Below, in pieces: positions 11,650 through 22,646 of a stretch of 64,000 nucleotides of DNA (its first letter is position 1; each line of letters starts with the position of its first letter). The notes beneath the pieces were generated by a model, which was not told where the DNA came from, made no database searches, and saw only the letters and a program-made list of their open reading frames with translations. The translations under genes were made by a program, and so were the position numbers. The DNA comes from Octopus sinensis (taxonomy: Eukaryota): assembly GCF_006345805.1 (NCBI RefSeq), contig NC_043002.1:102858001-102922000 (forward strand), written 5' to 3'.

Positions 11650-14375
11650 GTTTAAATATTTGTTGTGCAAGATTTTTTATGTGAAGTCGTGTGTTGAAAC
11701 AGATATTGTTATATTTCGGAATGGTCATATTGCCAGTTTAGCCAATAAAAACACACGCACTATATATTTGGTGTTATTTTGCTTCAGTGATATTTATTTT
11801 TTACATTAATCTTAATCTTAATTCGGCCAAAGTTCTTTCGTCACACTCCTGTGACCGCATCAGTGGTCCTTTGTTTTCTTCTCACTTACTTGTGTCTCTC
11901 CTTACTAACCGTCAGCCATTTTGTATTTCTATTGTATGTCTTCATTTGCGCATGCTTATATCTCTATGTGCGTCTATGTTTATTTAGTGTGTGTGTGAGG
12001 GCGATGCCTGTAATATTTGTATCTTCTGGTTATATAACATTTTTGTAATTTGTATTTTGTTTTTGTTGTTGTTGCTTTGTTCTAATTTTGTTCATGTGTT
12101 TACATCCACCCATTATTATCATTACATATGCTTGTATGTAGTATAACAACAATATTAGTAATAATATAGTAATAATAATAATAATCTAATTGAAAAAAAA
12201 AATATATATTAATTATGTTTGCAGGATCCACTATCGTCATATGTTGTGGTGTGTGCTATTGCTCCATTCTAGTTTTCTATTCAGGCTAGGTTTATTTTCT
12301 ATTATATGTTAGCTTCTGTAATTTGTCTAATTGTTGCATCTGTTCTATGTGTGGACAATATCTTAATCTCTATGTTATTGATTGATCCCCCGTGTTCTTG
12401 TTCAGCGTGTTGGTACAGAATCGATGAGCTTTTACCTTCCTTGAGTTGTCTCCAATGTCATTCACCCCTCCCACCAATGCCTCTTGCTGTTTCCCCTACG
12501 TATGTTACTGTCTTGTTACTGCATCGTCCCTCTATACATCTTATACTATAGACCACATTTCTGGCTTTACAGTTTGTTTGTGGCTAAATCTACATACAGT
12601 GCAATAGTTACCCGTACAGAGAGTTCTACTAAAAGGATAGCTTCTACCAATTATAGATCTGATAGGGTTTCTGGCTTTTCAACAACCTTAATTCTTAGTT
12701 TAAGTTTATCTAGGGTCCTTCTAAAGCGGTACGCCAGTTCACCTCCAGGGGTGGTGTCAACGAACATGACACTCTGGTATTTATGGCTATCATACCAAGA
12801 GTTGGCCTTCCCTATTTTCTTTTTGTCCTTTCTATAGTGTTCCATGACTTGTTCCTATAGAGTGGGCAAATCCCATTCCTATCATTACATAATATATTAT
12901 CAAATTTCTTCATGGTTCCTTTGTATACTCTGACCCTTTCTTTATGGCTGTTACCTGAGAACTGCATGCGGTGAATGAAATACTGTATGTGTCTCTTAAT
13001 TCTGTAGGCTCGCACATGCGTGACACATTTTCTCATTATTCTGACGAGGTCTGCCATCAAAATATTGAACTTGGCATTGCCCGCAATGGCTGAGTTCCGG
13101 TGGATCAGGTATTTGAGGCCATAGGTTTTGCATAGTATGAATGAAGGATTGGGTTTTATTTTTCACAATTTCTAGCCAGAGTTCAGTGTCTAGTACTGGT
13201 AGTCTATGGTTGGGGTGTTTAGTGGGGTAGTCTATTGTGACCTTATACTCTGGTGGATGGAGTTAGCTATTTGCTGGATGCTCTCCATAGTATTAGTTTC
13301 TATTACTATAACAACATTACTCTCTTGTGGGGGTGCCTTTACTACTATATTGATATCATCAACATAGCGAGAGTACATGTTTACGAGTATGGATTTCTGC
13401 AGTAGGCATTCTTTAAGCCTTCTGTCCCACCACCATACCTTGAAGAGGTTGGCCACATCACCAGCGATACTAACACCGATGGCTGCCCCCTCGTCCTGGG
13501 CATATATTTTATTATTAAATTTAAATGTGTGGCCTTTTAGGGTAACTCTTATACTAGCTCCTAGTACATGTGCGATCATTTTCTTTACCTGATGGACATT
13601 TGCGGGGCTCCGTATGGCTCTGGTCCATCCGCGCCATCTTTCTATATGTGTCTTCCTAGCCATAGAAGTAATTGTAGGCGGTCTACCTCTTAACATCTAC
13701 TGGGGCAGAAACTACTAAGATTATGTTTATCTAAGTATTCACTATTATATGTCAGTCTAAGTAGGAGGCCCATTTCTTCTGTGTCGACATTACAGAACTC
13801 CACCTGGCTCTCGTCGATCATCTCCACGCACTTCTCCACTGCAAAATCTACGTCAATCGATGGGTATAGGGATACCACATCCATGCTACCTACTATACAT
13901 CCTGTCAAGTCACAAGTTTTGTTACAGTCACTGATCCTGCTTAGGAGATCTTCTGTGCTGTCCACACATCAGGTGACATCCTGATTATAGGGCGTATGAT
14001 CATTGAGAGGATGTAGGAGATTCTGTAATTGCTAGCGATATTCGCTCCACAGACTGGTCTTGTTGGTGGTCCTACTATAGGGTCAGTAAAACCTTTATGG
14101 TCCTTGCGAAGTCCATACAGTGCCGGGATATCATTGTTCCAGGCTTGGAATTCCTTGCAGTACGTTTCTGAGGTCCTAGAACAATTGTCCACATCATCAT
14201 GTGGGATTGAGGACCTTTTCTCTCTCCTCATGCGCCTGTACAGTTGTTACTTTTGTATTGGCGATATGAGGTTGCATTGCCTGGATGTAGTTCGGTAAGC
14301 TGCCTATTGACATCCTGCCGGACTTATCCGTGGGAAGGCATATCACCTCTCCGTTCCTCTTGCGCGTGGGGTTTC
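11650..14375 (-). mobile_element. Penelope-like element (Neptune-like): RT + Cys-rich linker + C-terminal GIY-YIG, 5'-truncated and disrupted, with 3' non-coding tail
   Basis: RT motifs are PTDKSGRM (~14310-14335), PALYGLRKDHK..PPTRPVCG, SMDVVSLYPSI, QDEGAAIGVSIAGDVANL and RYVDDI (YVDD 13355-13366). The linker reads CTGNYCTVC..C, and the endonuclease reads RNVVYSIRC..TYVGETARG..H (~12450-12570). Many frameshifts. The 3' boundary is approximate. Confidence 0.88.
11825..11869 (-). ncRNA. Degenerate minimal type I hammerhead ribozyme relic in PLE 3' region
   Basis: Minus strand reads ggacca-CUGAUGC-g-gucac/aggagu/gugac-GAAA-gaac-UU-uggcc. Helix II is 5 bp and helix I is imperfect. A9 is changed to C and there is one extra nt before helix II. 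Confidence 0.4.
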
Positions 14376-14519
14376 ATTAAAAATCATGTTTGTTTCGAAG
14401 TATCTATATATATATATGCACAGAAAATTATAACGTCACGAAAGTCATATTTTGGTGGTATATGTCTACAGAAGGAGATATATTTAGGAGTTTACAAAGA
14501 ATTTGAGATAAACTGACCT

Positions 14520-14997
14520 GTTTTACCATTTTGACTCTAGAAGTTCTCCTTCCAAGGTATGTGGGTAAGAGGATCATCCTTTCTGTCTTAATTGCGTTCA
14601 CGGAGTGATCCTTTGCTTTTTCTTTATTTCTGAAACATACCTCAGTCGTGCCGTAACGGCTTGCTCTGGGAAGATATGTTTTATTTTTCCATATTGGCCT
14701 CAAAACCTTTTCTATTTTGACTGTAGGATCAGTTTCCATTCCGTTTTCCTTAATTCAGTCCACTTTATAAATTATTTTCCTTTCTTCCACATTTTTTAAG
14801 ACTTCTTTTGGTAGTGACAGTTTCACATTATCACCTTCTGTTTTAAACATTTTCCCAAAATTTTTCAGGTTCTTATGTTTTACCTCCTTTGCAACTCGTG
14901 TCGCCTCCGCAAAACTTTTCATCTTTAGGCATTTGTTCATTTTATCAATAGCTCTGACCACTTCCTCCTCGGATGACGATAATTCCGAAGCCGACAT
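14520..14997 (-). pseudogene. Second LINE ORF1-like relic, homologous to the ORF1 at 2967-4930
   Basis: ORFs 14755..14997 and 14428..14739 share one frame split by a single TGA. Aligned by eye to the first ORF1: FAEA/FAEA, GDNVKLSLPKEVLKNVEERKIIYK vs DGIVKINIPEDILENEKRRTIIYK, KIEKVLRPIWKNKTY vs KIEKCLKPIWDHKEY, LLPTYLGRR vs LTPSYRGQK. Confidence 0.75.
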
Positions 14998-15404
14998 CTC
15001 TGATCCAATCAGGTCCTAATGAAACATATTTTTCTTCCCAGTCTCAGCCATCTTTCCTCAAAGCAGCACATAAAATCATCAATACTTCGCAATGAAACAG
15101 GAACGCATAGATCAAGACTTTCATAATCTTTTAATTTTGACACTACGGACACAATACAGAGGGGACACTACAGTGGGGACAAAGATATAAAGATCAAAAC
15201 TTTTATGAAAACCTTATACTTTTAATGAAAAACTAATATAATTTAAGAAGAACCCATCAGCGGACGAGTCCAAATTTTCTAAAAAAAAAAAAAAAAGAAA
15301 GACAATTGTTAAACACTCAGGGGGCTGTAGTTAACAGAAATTTAACCTCGCCGGTTTCAAATGAACCTAACGCTAAACAATTGTAAATCTTTGTTCTTGG
15401 TTTC

Positions 15405-15826
15405 AAGAATTTGTCATATGAAGAAAGGCTGAAGACGCTCGACCTTTATTCTCTAGAAAAACGACACCGCCGTGGTGATCTCATTCTTGCTCACAACATA
15501 ATAAGCGAAAAGTGTAACCTCTCAAAAGAGCTGTTCTTCACTCCTGCTCCAGAGCGTCGGCTGCGGGGTCATTCCGAAAAGCTCTATCTGCGACGATTTC
15601 ATCTCAATCGAAGGAGAGGGGCTTTCTCCGTCCGGGTTGCGGATCCGTGGAATAAGCTGCCGGACGAGATGGTGAAGAAGCCGACGACCGCTCGGTTCAA
15701 AGTCTCCCTTGACCACAAGTGGCCTGAACTCTTTACATGAACACCACCCTGTACATAACTCCATGTCTCCCTACATGGCCTTGCTTTTTGCTTTTTGAGC
15801 CAAAAAATTAACTAACTAACTAACTA
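15405..15826 (+). mobile_element. CR1-clade LINE 3' end, 5'-truncated, with (TAAC)n tail
   Basis: ORF 15411..15740 reads SYEERLKTLDLYSLEKRHRRGDLI...LRGHSEKL...FSVRVADPWNKLP, the canonical CR1 ORF2 C-terminus. A short 3' UTR follows, then taac repeats at 15808-15826. Confidence 0.9.
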
Positions 15827-16009
15827 AAAAGGTGGACGAAAACCTATGGTTGCAAAAAGAGATCACTTCAGTAAAACTTTTTGGCCCGAAACACTTAAGG
15901 ATTGCAATGGATTCCTTTACACACACCTTACATTTATTTATATTTACTCTGAAGTTAGGGATTGTCGAAAAAACGGTGCTTGGGCACCGACTTGACTTTT
16001 TTTTATCGA

Positions 16010-16175
16010 GCAATTCTGTGCCGGTGCATATGTTTGAAACAGTACTTAATTTCTCGAACCCGAATGGATGAATGGCAAAGTCTGCCTCGGCAGAATTTGT
16101 GCTCAAAGCGCGGCGACGTACGAAATACCGCAAAGAATTCGCCCAGCACGATAACGATTCTTCCAGCTTGCAACT
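16010..16175 (-). mobile_element. tRNA-derived SINE, diverged copy
   Basis: Aligns by eye with the 53602-53708 copy (agctgg.agaa.cgtta...gcggtatttcgt...aaattc..ccga.g..gactttgcc.ttc). It has A-box-like and degenerate B-box-like motifs. Confidence 0.6.
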
Positions 16176-16199
16176 TCGAACAATAATAATAATAATAAT

Positions 16200-16366
16200 A
16201 GTTATGTTACAAAAGGTCTGCTTCGTTAGCACGGCCGGAATAATCAGGAGACATATTGGATAACTGAAAAGAACGGATAGCAAGGTACCATATGCTGAAG
16301 GTAGCAAACCCGATATGCACGCAAGACACCAGAAGCTGTAACAAAAACGTGTAATAAAGAGAAATG

Positions 16367-16415
<49 letters not shown>

Positions 16416-16416
16416 C

Positions 16417-16466
<50 letters not shown>

Positions 16467-16530
16467 TAAAATAAAAAATAATAATAATAATAGTGATAAT
16501 GATAATAATAATAATGATAATAATAATACT
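16200..16530 (+). mobile_element. R4/Dong-clade LINE extreme 3' end with (AAT)n tail
   Basis: MLQKVCFVSTAGIIRRHIG* resembles the LQK...TA.I.R terminus of REL-endonuclease LINEs. A ~110-nt UTR follows, then (AAT)n, and there is also (AAT)n immediately upstream. Confidence 0.5.
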
Positions 16531-17058
16531 AATAACGACAACAACAATAATGACGACGCCGACGTCCATGACGATGATTATAATTTTGATGATGCTGATG
16601 ATGGTTATGATAATGATAATAATACTAATAGAGAACAGCAAGAACTACAACAACAACAACAATAATAGTAATAATAATAGTATCAATAAAAATGAGGATA
16701 TCACTATTGCTATTAGTAGTATCAATGTTAGTATTAGAGTAAATATTAAGAATATTAATGTATTTTGCTTTCATCGATTAGAACGCTTGGATGTAATGAT
16801 TACATTAGTGTATGACAGTGGTGGAGATGGTGGGGCGTGGGGCGGTTAGGAAATGCAATCTTATGATACTGCGAGCTACAATATCGATATCAAAGATGGA
16901 GCACATGAATATACATTAAACAGGCATTAAAAGTGCAGATATCAAAAGTCAGTATTCCATAAGTTTCATTATTCCTTGCTCGTAGATCGTATTTCGCCTA
17001 TCTCTCTCTCCAAACTTATTATTATAAATATATATATAATATACATATATATGTTTGC

Positions 17059-17101
<43 letters not shown>

Positions 17102-17221
17102 TAACAATTTAGGAATGGCCTAAACAGGCCATTCGTCCACCAGAAGAGCAGCCAGAACTCCAACCGCCAATAGTGCAATTCGGAAATAAGGAGAAAATTT
17201 AAAAACGTTTACCCTAATTCA

Positions 17222-17317
17222 TCTTTTATACGATGCTCGTTTCAGTGTCTTTAATGTGACCAGCTTAATAAATTAAATTAAGCTATCTACCATAGGTCAC
17301 ACTTCATCAGTAAAAGA
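17222..17317 (-). ncRNA. Type I hammerhead ribozyme, inverted copy
   Basis: Minus strand: helix I ucuuuua/uaaaaga, CUGAUGA (17310-17304), helix II agugu/acacu, GAAA (17243-17240), GUA triplet (17231-17229). One nt is missing in helix III relative to the plus copies. Confidence 0.75.
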
Positions 17318-18004
17318 AACCTGGGAGAGACGGATATACACGAGGCGACTGTATCAATGCCTCTGGAATATCTGTCTTAAAATTTTCAAGACCACCGCAT
17401 TCGCGCCAAAACTTATCGGCAGCAAATATAAACTGCCGATTCAATCTCAGAATTAGTCAGAAAATTATCAATTAATCAATTTAGGGTAGCAAAAAATTCA
17501 GTAAAAATTTATCGCTACCAGCGGCCTAGTGGAAAAGAGAAAATAGTCAAAGACTAAATATATATAAATATATATAATTAGTCAGAAAATTATCAATTAA
17601 TCAATTTAGGGTAGCAAAAAATTCAGTAAAAATTTATCACTACCAGCGGCCTAAATTTTCTCCTTATTTCCGAATTGCACTATTTGGCGGTTGGAGTTCT
17701 GGCTGCTCTTTCTGGTGGACGAATGGCCTGTTTAGGCCATTCCTAAATTGTTATATTTATATATATATAGTCTTTGACTATTTTCTCTTTTCACTAGGCC
17801 GCTGGTAGCGATAAATTTTTACTGAATTTTTTGCTACCCTAAATTGATTAATTGATAATTTTCTGACTAATTCTGAGATTGAATCGGCAGTTTATATTTG
17901 CTGCCGATAAGTTTGGCGCGAATGCGTTGGTCTTGAAAATTTTAAGACAGATATTCCAGAGGCATTGATACAGTCGCCTCGTGTATATCCGTCTCTCCCA
18001 GGTT

Positions 18005-18105
18005 TCTTTTACTGATGAAGTGTGACCTATGGTAGACTAGCTTAATTTAATTTAATTAAGCTGGTCTATCATTAAAGACACTGAAACGATGCATCGTATA
18101 AAAGA
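18005..18105 (+). ncRNA. Type I hammerhead ribozyme, intact core
   Basis: Helix I is 18005-18011/18099-18105 (7 bp), CUGAUGA is 18012-18018, helix II is 18019-18023/18078-18082 and GAAA is 18083-18086. Helix III is the palindrome ACGAUGCAUCGU (18086-18097). The GUA triplet ends at 18098, the predicted cleavage site. Confidence 0.9.
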
Positions 18106-18482
18106 TAAATTAGGGTAAACGTTTTTAAATTTTCTCCTTATTTCCGAATTGCACTATTTGGCGGTTGGAGTTCTGGCTGCTCTTTCTGGTGGACGAATGG
18201 CCTGTTTAGGCCATTCCTAAATTGTTATATTTATATATATTTAGTCTTTGACTATTTTCTCTTTTCCACTAGGCCGCTGGTAGCGATAAATTTTTACTGA
18301 ATTTTTTGCTACCCTAAATTGATTAATTGATAATTTTCTGACTAATTCTGAGATTGAATCGATCGCAGTTTATATTTGCTGCCGATAGAGTTTGGCGCGA
18401 ATGCGTTGTCTTGAAAATTTTAAGACAGATATTCCAGAGGCATTGATACAGTCGCCTCGTGTATATCCGTCTCTCCCAGGTT

Positions 18483-18582
18483 TCTTTTACTGATGAAGTG
18501 TGACCTATGGTAGACTAGCTTAATTTAATTTAATTAAGCTGGTCTATCATTAAAGACACTGAACGATGCATCGTATAAAAGA
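18483..18582 (+). ncRNA. Type I hammerhead ribozyme, second tandem copy, one core A missing
   Basis: Same as the 18005 copy except GAA-C instead of GAAA-C at 18561-18564 (a true mutation or a homopolymer sequencing error). CUGAUGA is at 18490-18496 and GUA ends at 18575. Confidence 0.7.
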
Positions 18583-18937
18583 TAAATTAGGGTAAACGTT
18601 TTTAAATTTTCTCCTTATTTCCGAATTGCACTATTTGGCGGTGGAGTTCTGCTGCTCTTTCTGGTGGACGAATGGCCTGTTTAGGCCATTCCTAAATTGT
18701 TATATTTATATATTTAGTCTTTGACTATTTTCTCTTTTCCACTAGGCCGCTGGTAGCGATAAATTTTTACTGAATTTTTTGCTACCCAAATTGATTAATT
18801 GAAAAAAAATATATATATATATATTTATACGTTTATATATGTAAGAAAGTACATTTCGTCATGACAGCTCATGTATCGAATAGTTACGTGTGTATTTCTG
18901 TGGTGTGTGTATGTGTGTACGTATGCATATAAGTAAG

Positions 18938-18997
<60 letters not shown>

Positions 18998-19389
18998 ATA
19001 TATTTGTGCCTATATAACTTTCAACCGTTTTCGAGAACTTAATTGTTGACGTATGTATATTCTATGTACATGCACATTCCAAAGTGCCCACCTGTACAGG
19101 TGAATATGTCACACACGCCGCGCCGCACACACAACCACACACACACAACACACACACACACACATGTATGAGTGAGCAAACTTCCTTAGAATCCATAGTA
19201 GACTCAAAGTACTTGCCGAGAGAATGCGTTTCAAGTTGGACAGTTGTTCCTGAAAGCGCAGAGTTACTTCCCGCAGATGGCAGATGTAGTTGATCACATA
19301 TCTGCGACCTGTCAATGGAAGCAAAAAAAAAAAAATCTTTGGTAAACTCTAGACCCTTCTACATCAGGGTGGGTATCTGGTAAGAAATG

Positions 19390-20512
<1,123 letters not shown>

Positions 20513-21899
20513 TATCTGAATCCATAAATGAATGGATGTGTATAGATCAAAGTTTAGTACGAATGAATCTCTAACTGTGCATATATCCTCAATAGTCTGT
20601 TACATAGAAAAATCATTCTATTTAACAGGTAGAATATTCAAACCCCTATCACATTTCTCCTATGAAAAGTATGATATGCATCTCTACGTGTTATTGTAAG
20701 CAATATTTTAAACATAACTAATTAAACATTTTACTACCTGTATTGATAACCTATATACTCTAAGTTTGAATACAAATCATATGATAATATGTGAATCAGA
20801 TCAATTTTAGTGCAGATCGAATAATGCTATGCTTTTGCAGTTGAACTTTTGAAATTTTATATATGACGCAAATTTACTTCAAGTTCCGACGAATGGAGAT
20901 GTTAAACTCAAAACGTGATACTTCTTTTCTTCTGATTTATTATTCTTCAAACTTTTAAAATTATTTTGAAATTTCTAATCTACAAGACGATTCTTTCGAA
21001 AATACTGTGTATGATAAATTTCTTATCATGTACAATTTTATATCTTTCGATTGTGCAAATATTATACGCCACTTTATACACATTTATGCATTTTATTTTT
21101 CGCTTTTATAGTTCGATTTATGCGCTGGTTCTGTCGGTGCTTTATGTCCGTTTTCGTGCTTATGAAGGTGACGATATATAAGGTCGTGTGGTGATATTAC
21201 AAAATATCACAATATATAAATTGTATCAAAAATAAATTTGGTTTCCTCTAAGTGTTATGTATGTCTTTGTATTATTCATTTTTTGTCTCCAGTATTATCG
21301 AACATATATTTGTACTATGTTGGGCTCACATCTCTTTTGTTTTCCTGATCGACACTGTCACGAGAAAGTATTAAGGACCGAACTGTTTATTGTTATGTTA
21401 GTGTCGTAAGTTTTATAATTTGAAACCATATCTGCAATTGTTTAATGACGAACTATAATGTTAAAGAATTGTACCTATTTATGTTTCACTCTCTCATGCA
21501 AACTTTATTGTTGTTCGACGGCCAAATAAGTCTTCTATATATTTCTTCATTCGCTCATTATGTTTTTACATAAAAAATGCGGATTTTTATTCAAGATTAC
21601 AGAATACGCAGAAAGATTTCGTGGTTGTATATGTGTTTCCTCATTCTCTCTTACTTCCTTTTTTTTTAATTTTTTGTTTCTCTTTTAATTTTTTAGTGCC
21701 AATTTATGTTACTGTTAGTGGGGCGGAATTCTAGGATTTAGCGTAATATATTTTCCATCAGAATGCAGGAAAAAATATATCACTGTGTCTACTTTTAATA
21801 GAGCACTGAAAAGGAATTAACCTCCCCAGACACAATAACGCCTGAGTGTGTGCGTGCGCATGCGTATGTATGTATTTGAACTACATATATGTATGTATG

Positions 21900-21938
<39 letters not shown>

Positions 21939-22536
21939 TCAGTGGTGATGAGATTGAAGTGATGGGGGCGCGTTTTCCTTTTATTGAATGTAAAATTATT
22001 TTGGTGTCTACATAGACTGTAGCAGTTCTATAAATTCTGTTATACATAATAAGCACAATTTATTCCCAATACTAAAGGAGTGGGCTCTAACTATTGTACT
22101 CTAAATAAGGGTGTACACTCTTTTGTAGATTTCGATTCCCACATATATTTACTTAAACGTATGGACTTACTTAAATTGGGATTTTTGAAAGTCTGGTAGT
22201 GTTGGGAGTTATATTATGCATATACATATGTATGACTGTCTCTCCTACACACATTTTTTCTCTCCCACTTTGTTATCTCCCCTACTTCTTAGCCCTCCTG
22301 TGTAACCCTTCTGTCCGGCATTCGCCATGATAGATCGGTAGACATTACACACATTTTTTTCTCTCCTAGTTTCTCTCCTTGTTTCTTTCTGTGGAATAGC
22401 GTAGGCTCAAAACGTTAAAGACTTTTTCAATTCCCAAGCGTTACACTAATTCATCTGTTTGTTTACCACACCATCTGTTTGTGAATTCTCCCTATATGTA
22501 TCTATATATGTATGTATAATATGTATATATATGCAC

Positions 22537-22567
<31 letters not shown>

Positions 22568-22594
22568 CATATATATATTTTATATATAATATGC

Positions 22595-22646
<52 letters not shown>

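Larger units (their letters stand above)
17090..18802. mobile_element. Hammerhead-bearing ~475-bp tandem/inverted array (retrozyme-like or PLE pseudo-LTR array)
   Basis: Plus-strand unit starts (taaattttctcc) are at 17652, 18126 and 18603, giving periods of 474 and 477. An inverted full unit lies at ~17090-17571 and an inverted 75-bp piece at 17577-17651. Both flanks are (TA)n-rich. No meaningful ORF. Confidence 0.9.

Noticed and set aside
12300-14375. Selenocysteine (UGA) read-through of the PLE as in Naiad elements
   Set aside because: The endonuclease here is C-terminal and the ORF is broken by frameshifts as well as stops, so this is ordinary decay.
17652-18802. CRISPR array or simple satellite
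   Set aside because: The units are ~475 bp with no unique spacers and the context is eukaryotic. The internal ribozyme explains the repeat better.
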